Shown here in pieces: positions 1-12,964 of a stretch of 64,000 bases of DNA. Source of the stretch: the human T2T-CHM13v2.0 reference genome, Homo sapiens. A program made the position numbers and the translations under genes. The notes below the pieces were generated by a model. That model searched no databases. It saw only the letters and a program-made list of their open reading frames with translations, and was not told the DNA's origin. The DNA is taken from assembly GCF_009914755.1 (NCBI RefSeq), contig NC_060948.1; one strand, 5' to 3'. Each line of letters starts with the position of its first letter. Position 1 is the stretch's first letter.

Positions 1-900
1 GAATATTTATTTATGTATGTAGCCTGTGAGCTTGCCTTCATTTCTCATGGTTCATTCCTAGGAGTGCAGTGGCCACATCATGTCATGGTAGGTCTGCATC
101 GACCTTGTTAAGGAATCACTGTCCCTTGTGCTAAGTGTTTGGTCCATTGCCTGCTTTCTCTCTTGCTCCCTCTGATTTAGTCATACAAACCTCTTGTATC
201 CTTCACCCTCCAGGGCAATAACTTCTTAGCATACCGCCTTTCTTTACACTTGGAATCACCAGCTCCTTCTTTATGTGCTGGCTCTGATTCCCTCACTAAA
301 TTTGCCCTTTGTGCCCCATGTGTGACCCATTCCCATTGATACACCCTATGTATGAGAGGGCTTTGGGATAAGAGACTGTTTCTGATGAGTATCGAGTACT
401 ACAATGGCTCTGAATGGAAGAAAGATGACTGGGTGGGTCTTGTCAACCATTGTCCCTGGAGCTCATCTTTGTTGTTACAAATAAGTCTGGGTGTGGCCTG
501 GGCATATGTTCAAGTACTCGCAAACCTTTTCTAAATGACAACTGGAGACCAGGCCATGGGCTGGAATGTGAGTATGAAGTTACTTGGAAGCTGTGTGATT
601 GAAAGTGAGTCACTCAGTCACTGGATCCTGGCATTTTTCTCTACATGTGGGACTACCCATACTTTGCAGAGTTGCTGTGAGTTCACCTGAGTAAGACACC
701 TGCATGCACTTGTGATCAGAAAATGTTAATTTCCCTTTATTGAAATGGAACAACCCATGGATATTATGTGCTGAGGTCTGGATCAAAATAGAGCATGATA
801 CTGAAGACCTTGTAAACCCTGAGGAGGCATCACTGATCACTGGGTGTCCGGAAAGGCAGCAGAGAAAAACTGACCTGGAAGTGAAATTGGCCCGTGGGTT

Positions 901-1635
901 TGTTACAGTTGGTTAAACAGTCATGAGTGGGGCAAGAGCGGGTTCTCCACATCCGCATACCAGGAATGTCAGGCCATCGGGTGATGGTTGGACAGTTATC
1001 ATATTGCTTCTCTAAAAATAATAATTTAGCGGCTGGGGCCAGGGATAGCCTGATACACAGCTGGTAACATTAAAGTGTTAATTAAACTCACATGCCAGAG
1101 AGGAGGAAAAAGGGCGTCCCATAAAATCTCAGACATTGGATGACTGAACCCAGGAGTGCACATTAAGAGACAAAATGGTGGAGTATGACTTTCTGGGGTC
1201 ACCCCACCAATAAAAGGGAGGAAGCCTCAGATGGGCATACATATAACTGCTTAAACACACTGTCTATACTTACTTCCCAAGGGTAAGGAGGGCACTGTGC
1301 CTGTGGGCAGCCCATGCTAGGGGAAGAATCATGGGAAAGGGTGCACCAGATGCTGGCGGTAGGCCAGCCTAAAATGTCCCAGAAGGAAGGTTAATGGCCA
1401 CACTTCTTCAAGTCACCCATTTGGATCTCTTTCGAGTGCAATTTTCATTCTTTCCTGCTCTAAAGCTTTTTAATAAACGTCCACTCCTGCTGTGAAACTT
1501 GCCATGGCATTTTCTTCCTTCTTCCTTCTTTATGCCCACCAGTTGAATTCTTTCACCTGAGGAGGCAAGAATTGATATTGCTAAAGACCCGGACGGATTT
1601 GCTGCCAGTAACTCAGATACTTTTCACCGGTAACA
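901..1635 (+). mobile_element. Solo ERV1 LTR, MER50-like
   Basis: Starts TGTTACAG, ends GGTAACA; AATAAA near 1472; 5' part (ACCAGGAATGTCAGG...TCTCTAAAAATAATAAT) resembles recalled MER50 consensus. Confidence 0.7.
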
Positions 1636-1869
1636 GGTCTAGGAGCTGGTGGACACAATGGCTGGAGTATGTGTCCAGAATGTGCCTGCTCAGGCCCCAG
1701 GCACTTCCGGACTGTGGGGGGACTTGAACCCCAGGTTAAGGGGACACCATGGAATGAGAGCTCAGCCTGCTGTTGGAATACTGGGGATAGGATATTTTTT
1801 ACTGAAGTAAATCCCCTACCTATTAAGGAACTACTACCCAATCTGTCCTCTTTCTGACCCCTGACAATT

Positions 1870-3025
1870 AGCAAATCTGCTTTCTTTCTCTATGAAATTA
1901 CTTATTCTGGACATTTATATACATAAAATCATACACTATGTGACTTTTGTGCTTAGCTTCTTTAAACACAATGGTTTTGCAGTATCTTCACATTGTAGTA
2001 TGAGTGTCTCAATCTTTTTATGGCTAGATATTATGCCATTGTATAGGTATACTACATTTTGTTTTCCTATTATTTGTTTGTGGACATTTGGTTTGTTTCC
2101 ACATTTTAGTTATTGTGAATAATTCTTCCATGAGTATATGTGCACACACAGTTTTGTTTGAATACCTGCTTTATATTTTTTGTGTATATACCTGAGGTGG
2201 GGGGGATTTGCTGGTTTCTATGATGGTTCCATGTTTAGCTTTTTGCAGAAACACCAAACTATTTTCCACAGCAGATGAACTATTTTACTTTTGTTTTTCT
2301 CCACTTCCACGTCAACCCTTGTTCGTTCATGGTTTTTAAATAATAATAATTACAATGGGTGAAAAGTGGTGTCTTCTTGTGGTTTTGATCTGCATTTCCC
2401 TGAAATAAGTGATGTTGAGCTAATTTTTATGTGTTTTTGTGTGTGTGTGTATCTTTGGAGAAAAGTATTTTCAATTTCTCTATCATTTTTTTAATTGGGT
2501 TGATTGTCTTTTTGTTCTTGAGTTGTAAGAATTTCTCCTATATCCTGGATACTAGGCCCTTACCCTTATATATGACTTGAAAATATTTTGTCCTATGCTG
2601 TTGGTTTTCTATTGACCATCCTGATAGTGCCCTTTGAAGCATGAAAGATTTTAGTTTTAATGAAGTTCAATTTATCTATTTTTTCTTTTGTTTTCTGTGC
2701 ATTCTCTGTCATACCCAGGAAACCATTAACAAGTTCAGTGCCAATAAGCGCAGAAAGATATGTTCGACATCATTAGCCATTAGGTAAATGGATATCTAAA
2801 TCACAATGAGATTATCACCTTAAACCCACTAGAATGTCTTTTTTTTTTTTTTTTGAAAAAGGGAGAGTTGGGGAGTATGTGGAGAAAATGGAACCCTTGT
2901 GCATTGCTGGTGAGAATGTGAAATGGTGGTGATGGTTGCACAGTAACATGAACATACATAATGCCACTTACCTGTACACCTACAAATGTTTAGATTGGTA
3001 AATTTATGTTACGTTTCTTTTACCA
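1870..3025. mobile_element. Old L1M fragments (minus-strand piece then plus-strand 3' piece)
   Basis: Degenerate L1 3' motifs such as GTGGTTTTGATCTGCATTTCCCTGA and GGAACCCTTGTGCATTGCTGGTGAGAATG. Confidence 0.6.
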
Positions 3026-3117
3026 CATACCAAAAAGGCTTCCTGAGAACTAGTCCTGAGATAGTTCCATGTGGAAAGAAGAGGACCCTTCTCTCTCCTA
3101 GAGTGAGTAGAAGCCTT

Positions 3118-3442
3118 TGTTTTTTGTTGCTGTTGTTGTTTTGTGTTTGTTTTTGTTTTGAAACAGAGTCTTCCTTTGTGGCCTAGGTTGGTGTGCAGTG
3201 GTGTGGTCTCTGCTCACTGCAAGCTCCAACTCCCATATTCATGCCATTCTCCTTCATCAGCCTCCTGAGTAGCTGGGACTAAAGGTGCCCACCACCATGC
3301 CTGGCTAATTTTTGTATTTTTAGTAGAGGTAGGGTGTCACCGTGTTAGCCATGATGGTCTCAACCTCGTGACCTAGTGATCCACCCAACTCAGCCTCCCA
3401 AAGTGGTGGGACTGCAGATGTGGTGAGCCACCACATCTGGCT
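3118..3442 (-). mobile_element. Alu with target-site duplication
   Basis: Antisense Alu dimer with degenerate T-tail; flanked by GAGTAGAAGCCTT / GAGTAGAAACCTT. Confidence 0.9.
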
Positions 3443-3929
3443 GAGTAGAAACCTTCTTATCATGCTTGTACTACACACTCCTGGCTCTTCCACACACCAA
3501 GCATGACCTCACGAACCAGAGGCAGTCTAAGTCTAACTGGCCCATTTGTACCCCCTTTCCAACATCCTATTCCCCTATTCAACTCACTCTCTTTCCCCTA
3601 CAAACCACTGTACATCACAGGTCTGCTTACCTTCTCTGTAGACATTTCTATAATGTCATAGAAATATGATCATAAAATACATGATCTCTTCAGACTGGCA
3701 CTTTTTGTTATTATTGTTTTCTCATTATTCTATAATTGCTGCCAAAAGAAGCAGGCATGTGTTGTGCCACAGAAAACTGATCATATTCTAAGCTCTACTT
3801 AGTAAAAACTAAAAAAAAAGAAAGAAAAAAATATGCTAGTACATATTGTCGCATTTATCCTGTTATTTTTTTAATTCATGATTTCTACAATGAATAAATG
3901 GATGAATAAAGCACACAGATATTATGCTT

Positions 3930-4228
3930 TGCCAGTCCAGCTGAACATCAAGCTGCTTACAGACTACAGGCAAATTATTGCAAACAGTTTTGACTGTGGC
4001 CCCAGCCAGCTAGTGAGACTTGCATTTATTCAGTAAGGATTAATTGACCAAGGCTCTAGTTAACACCACTAAAGGGTAATTGACAGTGTGGACTTCCCAG
4101 TTAGAAAGCAATTTAGCACTGTGCTAAGTCAAATATTAGTCTTAGGACCACATGACTAAGCAAGCTACTTAGGTAAACACCCCGCATTCCTTTGTTTCTA
4201 CTCTAACTTATTTAACTAAAGGTAAAAG
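3930..4228 (-). mobile_element. LTR22-family (HML-5) LTR fragment
   Basis: GCATTTATTCAGTAAGGATTAATTGAC...AGAAAGCAATTTAGCAC resembles recalled LTR22 sequence. Confidence 0.5.
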
Positions 4229-4460
4229 GCCATCCTGTCTAATATGGTGAAACCCCATTTCTACTAAAAATACAAAAAATTAGCTGGGCATGGTGGCGGG
4301 TGCCTGTAGTCAAAGGTACTTGGACTCAGGAGGCTGAGGCAGGAGAATGGCAGGAACCTGGGAGTTGGAGCTTGCAGTGAGCTGACATCGCAGCACTGCA
4401 CTCCATACTGGCCAATAAAGCGAGACTCTGTCTCAGAAAACAAAACAACACAAAACAAAA
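4229..4460 (+). mobile_element. 5'-truncated Alu
   Basis: GGTGAAACCCC...TACTAAAAATACAAAAAATTAGC linker, right arm and A-rich tail. Confidence 0.9.
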
Positions 4461-6127
4461 CCAGTATTCATCACTAAAAAAAGTAGCAAAATATAAAGAC
4501 CAACAACACTAAGAAGAAAGTGGATCAATTAATATGCAAAATAACCAGCTAGTATTGCCATGCCAGGATCAAATTGACCCGTACAAATATTAACCTTAAA
4601 TGTAAGTGAACTAAATTTGCCAATTAAAGTGCACAGACTGACAAATTGGATAGAATCAAGACCCTTTGGTGTGCTGTATTCAGGAGACTGATATCATGGG
4701 TGAAGACACACATAGGCTCAAAATAAAAGGATGGAGGAATATTTACAAAGCAAATGGAAAGTAAAAAAAAAAAAAAAAGCTGGGATTGAAATCCTGCTCT
4801 ATCCTAAAATGACCATACTGCTTAAAGTAATTCACACATCTACAGTGATCTGATCTTTGACAAGCCTGACAAAAACAAGCAACTAGGGAAGGATTCCCTG
4901 GTCTGGGAAAACTGGCGAGCCATATGCAGAAACCTGAAACTGAATCCCTTTCTTACATCACATACAAAACTTAACTCAAGATGAATTAAAAGACTTAAAT
5001 GTAAAACCTAAAACCCTAAAAACCCTAGAAGAAAATCTAGGCAATACCATTCAGGATATAGGCATGGGCAAAAACTTCATGACAAAAAGACCAAAAAACA
5101 ATTGCAACAAAATCCGAAATTGACAAATGGGACCTAATTAATCTAAGGAGCTTCTCCACAGCAAAAGAAAATATCGTCAGAGTGAACAGGCAACATACAG
5201 AATGTGAAAACATTTTTTCAACCTATCTATCTGACAAAGGTCTAATATCCAAAAGCTACAAGGAACTTAAAAAATTTTATAAGAAAATAAAAAACAAACC
5301 CCAACAAAAAGTGGTAAAGGATATCAACAGACACTTCTCAAAAGAAGACATTTAATCAGCCAACAAATATATATAAAAAAAGCTCAGCATCACTGAGCAT
5401 TAGAGAAATGCACATCAAAACCACAATGAGATACTGTCTCACATCGGTCAGAATGGTGACCATTAAAAAGTCAGGAAACCACAGATGCTGGCGAAGATGT
5501 GGAGAAAAAGGAATGCTCTATGCTGCTGGTGGGAGTATAAATTAGTTCAATCACTGTGGAAGACAGTGTGGTGATTCCTCAAGGATCTATAACCAGAAAT
5601 ACCATTTGACCCAGCAATCCCATTATGTGGTATACACCCAGAGTATTGTAAATCATTCTACTCTAAGGAAACTGCACATGTATGCTTATTGCAGCACTAT
5701 TTACACACAAAAAAGACATGGCACAAACCCAGATGCCCATCAATTATAGACTGGATAAAGAAAATGTGGCACATATACACGATGGAATACTATGCAGCCA
5801 CAAAAATGAATAAGTTCATGTCCTTTTCAGAGACATGAATGAAGTGGAAACCGTCATTCTCAGCAAGCTAACACAGGAACAGAAAAGCAAACACTACCTA
5901 TTCTCATGCATAAGTGGGAATGGAACAATGAGGACACAATGGGGCCTGTCAGGGAGTAGGGGGTAAGTGGAAGGAGATCATTAGGACAAATACCTAATGC
6001 ATTCAGGGCTTAAAACTTACATGATGGGTTGATGGGTGCAGCAAACCACCGTGGCACATGTACACCTATGTAACAAAACTGCCTGTTCTGCACATGTATC
6101 CTATAATTTAAATTACAATAAAAAAAG
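4461..6127 (+). mobile_element. L1PA (older, PA7/8-like) with large internal deletion
   Basis: ORF1 end and ORF2 endonuclease start (~4560-4810) joined to ORF2 C-terminal region, 3'UTR and A-tail at ~6118-6127. Confidence 0.85.
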
Positions 6128-6680
6128 GCAGGTTAAATGAAAAACTAAATAGTATCCATGAATTTATGATGACTCCCTATTCGGTTTTTACTTAATGCTT
6201 TTTCTGTGTTTCGTGTCTGGAGGAAAGCAAAATAACAACATATTGAACCAAACATTTTAAAACAACTTAATACAAAGGGGTTGGAGCAAATTCTTTTATC
6301 TCTTTATGAAGACAAGTGTGAGTTAAAAACCACCTCTCCTAATGCTTCTCAGTGCCTCAAGGTGCTTAGGAAAAAAATAAAACTTCCAACTTAAGGATAC
6401 TTGGCAGCTTCCAGAACTTTAAGGAAAGCCGAGAAATAAAGTATCCAGCTTCCGGTTCTTTCTAGGAGAGTATGCCTAGTGCCTTCAGGACCCTTGGACC
6501 TTGGAGGAAGAGCGGAGGTGGGGTAGGTGGGGGCGGTCTCTGGAGCCACTTGCCGCTCTGGCAGCCACTGCTGCTCCCCATGGGACGGCTTAGAGTCAGC
6601 CTTCAGCAGAAGCAGCAGGCTTTCCGCAAGCAGTGTTTGGTGTGTCTGCCTGTTTTCCATCTCTGTATCTTCCTTAGTGA

Positions 6681-7240
<560 letters not shown>

Positions 7241-7821
7241 AATGGTAACAGAGTGTTTTACAGAGTAGACATTTCAACTTTCAATAAAGTTCATATTATC
7301 CGTTTTTTTTTCTTTCATGGACTTGATAATAACTCATCACTAAACCCAAGCTCATGAAGATATTTTCCAATTACAACTTTGCACTGAAAAAATTTAATGT
7401 GTGGGTATTTTTGACTAATTTTTTTAACTGTAAAATTTGTGTCTATGTTCATTTGTTTCCGTATAGTTTCCAGCTGTTTTCTTGCCACTTGTGAAAGAGA
7501 CTTATTGTTTCCAAAGGACATTCTTTGCATTTTCGACAAAATCATTTGACTTGGGCCTGTTTTGGGGCTGACTATTCTGTTCCACTTATCTGCTTGTCTA
7601 TTAAATCATGAATGACACACTCTTGTTTATTACATTAGCTTTAGTGTAAGTATTCATATCACATCTGGCATTGCACTTCTTCAGTCTTATTTCATCTATT
7701 CTAGGTTTAGGAAAAGTTGTTGATATATTTACCTGGAATTTGATTGGAATATAGCTGAAATAATAATAAATGTGCTTCTCCAGAACAAGAAACATCTATT
7801 TATTTACTTTGTGAGAAGGAG

Positions 7822-8066
7822 TTGTGTCACCCAGGTTGGTGTGCGGTGGCATGATCTCAGCTCACAGATTCTCCCACTTCAACGACCCAAGTAGCTGGGA
7901 CCACAGGCATGCACCACCAAGCTCAGCTTATTTTTTTTGTATTTTGGGCAGAGATGGGCTTTCACCGTGTTCCCCAGGGTGGTCTCCAATTCATGGGCTC
8001 AAGGTATCTGCCTGCTGCAGACTCCCGAGGTGCTGGGATTACAGGCGTGTGACAACGTGCCTAGCC
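7822..8066 (-). mobile_element. Diverged Alu
   Basis: GTAGCTGGGACCACAGGC and GTGCTGGGATTACAGGCGTG motifs. Confidence 0.8.
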
Positions 8067-8306
8067 TGTCTGCATTTGCTAACATTTCCTTTGATTTCTC
8101 CCAATGGTGACTCATTGTTTTCTGAATGAATTCTGCATATTTTGTTACAGTTATACTTAATGGATTCAATTTTGCAGGTAGTATTGTAAATGGTGTTTTA
8201 ATATTTCAAAATCCAATTATTTATATTCATTATTGCTGATATAGAGAAAATCAATTGAGTTTTGTATATTGACCGTCTTCTTTGCTTCCTTTTATCTCCA
8301 TTCTAG

Positions 8307-8565
8307 ATATGGGAAGGTTGGCTGTATCTCACTTCCACTTCGTGAGATGACCGCCTGGATTAACCCACCCCAAATTTCAGAGATTTTCCAAGGCTACCAC
8401 CAGAGGGTGCACGGAGCTGATGCACTGAGCCTGCAAACCAACTCTCTGAGAAGCAGGTTATCTTCACAGTGCCTCGGACAGAGCTTCCTTCTCAGGACAC
8501 TCGAGAGAGGCCGTGGTTTCAGGGCACTTGGGGACATCTGTGGCCACGTTCATGAAGAAGACTAA
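8307..8565 (+). CDS. PRY: Terminal coding exon of PRY (PTPN13-like Y-linked); upstream exons lie left of the window; copy (PRY/PRY2 or AZFc pseudogene copy) not resolved
   Basis: Pyrimidine tract plus AG at 8305-8306, then (R)YGKVGCISLPLREMTAWINPPQISEIFQGYHQRVHGADALSLQTNSLRSRLSSQCLGQSFLLRTLERGRGFRALGDICGHVHEED-TAA, matching the recalled PRY C-terminus. Confidence 0.9.
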
Positions 8566-8800
8566 GCCTACTTCATCTCAGGACCCGCCCAAGAGTGGCC
8601 GCGGCTTTGGGACACCTGGGGTCGGGTCCACCATGAGGATAAAACCTCCTTCTCTTCTGGACATGTCCAGGAGTGGCCGTTGCTACAAGTCACCTGGTGC
8701 TACGACCAGGGTGAGAATAAAGACGTCTCCTCAGGACCCTCCCAGGAGAGTACATGGCATTGAGACATCTGGCGGCCAAGTGAGGAAAAGACACCCTGTC
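8490..8800 (+). repeat. Four imperfect tandem units of 75-86 bp in the PRY last exon
   Basis: Unit starts TCTCAGGAC 8490, TCTCAGGAC 8576, CTTCTGGAC 8654, CCTCAGGAC 8729; shared GAG(A/T)GGCCG and CAC(C/T)TGG motifs. Confidence 0.8.
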
Positions 8801-9356
8801 TGCAGCACCCAGAACTGAGGAGGGGCACTGCCCTGGGCCTTACTTCCCAGCCCTGGCCTCCAATTCTGACCTTACAAAAGTGTCCCTTGAGTGAGGCAGT
8901 GACCACGCATTGTCACAGCTACCAAAGTGTGGTTTGCAGATGATCTGGGCTTGTTTCTGGCGGAGATTCTGGTACAGAGAAAGGAGAGGCGCTGAGTGGA
9001 ACCACGATGGGCTGAGGCCAGGGGAGACATCGCAACCTCCAACAACACTTTTTTTCATGCTTTAATAACTCATTTTTCTTAGAGAACTAAAGTAGTTGAA
9101 ACAATATAGAAACATTTTTTAAGTAGGCATATTAGAACTTGAATTATTATGTAAGTTTAAATATATGATATATGCCTGGTTAGCAACATTTTTTCTTTTC
9201 CTGAGACAGTCACAGTTTAACTGAGAGTGCATTTGTAATGGTAATGTAAATGTCTGCTTTATACATATTGACATCCTACATTAGCTGAGATATACTAACA
9301 ATATCAAACTTTGATATTATGCCATAAAATTAGTTGAAGAATTCTGATCCAGATAT

Positions 9357-9950
9357 GAGTGACAAATGGTCCATGACACATCCCTACTCAGGAGATCCTG
9401 AGAACATGTGCCCCAGGTGGTATGTTCACAGCCTACATTTATGCATTTTAGAGAGACCTGAGACATCAATCAAACACATGTAAGATGTACATTGGTTTGG
9501 TCCAGGAAGGATGGACAACTTGAAAATAGTGATGGTGTGGGGCTGGGCTTTCAAGTTACAGGTAGATATAAATATGTTTTAATTGGCAGTTGGCTGAAAG
9601 AGTTAAATTATTATCTAAAAACATAAAATCAATAGACAGGAATGACTGGGTTACAATAAATAATAAGGGCTGTAGAGACCAAAGTTTTATTATGATGATG
9701 AAGCCTCCATGTAGCAGGCTCGAGAAAATAGGTGGTAAATATTCCTTATCAGATTTAAGGTATGTGTTGCTGTTAGTGGTGGTCAGCTTTTTCTAAAGTT
9801 CAAAAGGGAATAGTATGTAATGAAGCATGTGTGTCCCTCTTTCTTGTCAGGAAGTGAAGCAATTTTGGAATGCTCTTGATCAAAAGGAGGGGTCCATTCA
9901 GATGGCTGTGGTTGGCGGGGGGACAGGAGAGTTAATTTTTTTTAACAAGT
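9357..9950 (-). mobile_element. MER4-family ERV1 LTR
   Basis: CTCAGGAGATCCTGAGAACATGTGCCCCAGGTGG and GAGGGGTCCATTCAGATGG motifs. Confidence 0.7.
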
Positions 9951-10329
9951 GTTTCATTTCTGTTTACAAAAGTATAACCTATTAAAGTGTTATAAATTAT
10001 AATTATCTAAGAGAAAAAAGGGATTTCTTAAATCTAAAAACATAGAAAATAACCTAACCCATCAAACCTTATGGATTTTTTTTTCTTTCTGTTTTTAAAG
10101 TTGCCAAGGATGCTTTGCTTGTAAGTCATATATTTGACCTGTTGACCATCTGGGTATAGTTCTGTTGCTTCTTCAAAAATTGTACCCAGCAACCTTCCAA
10201 AAGTGTTTTTAAGTAAATTTCTTAAATTGTAGCAATAAACAAAATGAAAAGACAATATTAAACATTACTGAGGTTTATCAAAGGACATACAAAATTTCAA
10301 CTCTTATTCCTTTCCTTCTTCTTCTCCTT

Positions 10330-10582
10330 TTATTTTTATTTTGAGACAGGGTCTCATTCTTTTTCCCAGCCTGGAGTGCAGAAGTGCTATGATGGCTCAC
10401 TGCAGCCTCTAACTGCTGAGCTCAACTGATCTTCTGCCTTAGCTTCAGTTATCATATCTGGCTAACTTTTTGTATTTTTTGAGAGAGACAAAGACTTGCC
10501 ATGTTGCCTGGACCTGTCTTAAATGCCTGGACTCACATTATCTGCCTGCCTTGGCCTCCAAAAGTGCTGAGATTACAGGCAT
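10330..10582 (-). mobile_element. Old Alu (J-like)
   Basis: GAGACAGGGTCTC...GGCTCACTGCAGCCTC...AAAGTGCTGAGATTACAGGC. Confidence 0.8.
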
Positions 10583-10861
10583 TAATATAACATTTATGTT
10601 AGGGTTAGATAAAAATCAATCTTTTGGCTAAGTTATGAACATGCATATTATGCAATTATATATGTCTAATTTTCATCATTTTCTATGTCAACATTACTCA
10701 TTTTAAAGTCATATTCAAGGGGTAAGGCAAAACCGCCTATGAATTGGCATATTTGTTTATTTCTCTGTTTGTGAAAATGTCCATAGTTTTTTCAGAATAC
10801 AAATAAATTTCAACTCTGTTATGCAAAAAAACAGAATAGAATCTTCTTTGCAATTAATTTT

Positions 10862-11592
10862 TTTCTTTTATTACTATACTTTAAGTTTTAGGGTACATGT
10901 GCACATTGTGCAGGTTAGTTACATATGTATACATGTGCCATGCTGGTGCGCTGCACCCACTAACTCATCATCTAGCATTAGATATATCTCCCAGTGCTAT
11001 CCCTCCCCCCTCCCCCCACCCCACAACAGTCCCCAGAGTGTGATGTTCCCCTTCCTGTGTCCATGTGATCTCATTGTTCAATTCCGACCTATGAGTGAGA
11101 ATATGCGGTGTTGGGTTTTTTGTTCTTGTGATAGTTTACTGAGAACAATGATTTCCAATTTCATCCATGTCCCTACAAAGGACATGAACTCATCATTTCT
11201 TATGGCTGTATAGTATTCCATGGTGTATATGTGCCACATTTCCTTAATCCAGTCTATCATTGTTGGATATTTGGGTTGGTTCCAAGTCTTTGCTATTGTG
11301 AATAATGCCGCAATAAACATATGTGTGCATGTGTCTTTATAGCAGCATGATTTATAGTCCTTTGGGTATATACCCAGTAATGGGATGGCTGGGTCAAATG
11401 GTATTTCTAGTTCTAGATCCCTGAGGAATCGCCACGCTGACTTCCACAATGGTTGAACTAGTTCACAGTCCCACCAACAGTGTAAAAGTGTTCCTATTTC
11501 TCCACATCCTCTCCAGCACCTGTTGTTTCCTGACTTTTCAATGATTGCCATTCTAACTGGTGTGAGATGGTATCTCATTGTGGTTTTGATTT
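10862..11592 (-). mobile_element. 5'-truncated young L1PA (3' ~730 bp) with TSD
   Basis: ORF 11078-11662 gives the near-intact ORF2 C-terminus ([17 protein letters not shown]...); flanks TGCAATTAATTTT / TGCGATTAATTTT. Confidence 0.95.
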
Positions 11593-11730
11593 CTGCGATT
11601 AATTTTATAGTTACCTTGCATACAGGGAATGTGCTGCCTATAAAAAATATGAACTGAACCACAGGCCTTAAACACTAAAAAAAATTTAAGAGTTTATTCT
11701 AATTTATTTTATCCTATAAATCAATTGTAT

Positions 11731-12068
11731 TTATATACAATATAGAAAGTTCACAGCCATCAACAGTTCTACTGCAGTTTCAGGTGAAATGGGAATTTAG
11801 GAATTTCTGTGGAACTGTAGGCGCAGTGAAACATTTAGGTAAAATATGTGTATGCCTTTAGCAGCACTTGTGAAGGGACGTCTCTCAAATTAAACTCAAT
11901 GCATTTCTTCTCAGCAAAATGACCTGGGCCACTCTCCCTGGCTTTCACTGTTGTTGATGTTCATGCATGTTCTCTTTTTATCATTAATTTATGACTCTGA
12001 AGATATCCATTTGACGTCGTGGCATGAGGGCTTTCAAAACCACTGTAGATTTTCTACTCTTCATCCAT
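11731..12068 (-). pseudogene. Processed Elongin C (ELOC/TCEB1) pseudogene
   Basis: Reverse strand reads MDEE*KIYSGFESP...KREHA*TSTTVKARESGPGHFAEKK...STEIPKFP..PETAVELLMAVNFLYC, colinear with ELOC, intronless, with stops and frameshifts. Confidence 0.88.
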
Positions 12069-12239
12069 TATGTACTTAAGTATTTCTACTTTGACTCCCC
12101 AGGAACTTGAGTAGTTTCTGCTTAGCCCATGGACAGTGCAGCCCAGGTCCCAATAAAGCAGCACAGACCCCACTCCAAGGCCACCCCCAACCCCAGCTGC
12201 CTGCTCCTGTGTGTTCAAGGGAAGTTGGAGAACATGCAG

Positions 12240-12950
12240 CTTGTTGTTTTTACAAATAAAATTGTTGTGTTAATTTCATTTTCATATCATTTATTGCTAG
12301 TGTATACAAATAGATTTTAGTGTATTGATATATATACTGTATGTTTGTTTAATTTGTTTATTAGATTTTATTATTTCTTGTTGATTTCTTATGATTTTCT
12401 GTATATGAGATCATGAGATCCATGAGTAGGTAGTTTTATTTTATTTTTTGACATATGAATGGCTTCATATATATTTTTCTTTTCCAATTATTTCGGATGG
12501 AACTTCTAATACAGTATCAAATGCAATGATGAAAGTGAGCATCAGTGCTGTGTTCTTCATCTTAAAGCTTTTGTTCCCAACAATTCAGACGCTGATTGTT
12601 ATGGGTTTTGTATAAAGACGTGTTATCATGTGAAAGACATTTTAATCACAGTTTATTGGATGTTGTTATCAGTAAACATGTTGACTAACTTTAAGTATTT
12701 TCTGTAACAGTTGAGATATACATGTACTGTTTTCCCAGCATTTAATTTACATGGTATATTGAAGAGGGATGGCTTCAGAATGTTAAAACAAGCCTCAATT
12801 TTCTAGAAAAAAAACGTAATCACATAGGTGCATAATGTCTTCCTCGTGTAGTTAATTCCATGTACTATTATTTGGTTACATAATCTAATGTCTCTAATTA
12901 TCATATTTGTTAACATTTAGTGTTTTGTCCCAGTGACATCATCTGTTTAA
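12240..12950 (-). mobile_element. Old L1M ORF2 fragment
   Basis: TTATTGCTAGTGTATAC...TTTTCTGTATATGAGATCATG degenerate L1 motifs. Confidence 0.55.
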
Positions 12951-12964
12951 TTCAATTTTCAATT

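Noticed and set aside
1669-1857. 62-aa ORF next to the MER50-like LTR as a PRY coding exon
   Set aside because: Does not match the recalled PRY protein beyond a chance SMC motif; no support without transcript data.
8269-8306. ORF-track N-terminus MTVFFASFYLHS of the PRY ORF
   Set aside because: It is the intronic pyrimidine tract before the AG acceptor; the start is TTG, not a real initiation site.
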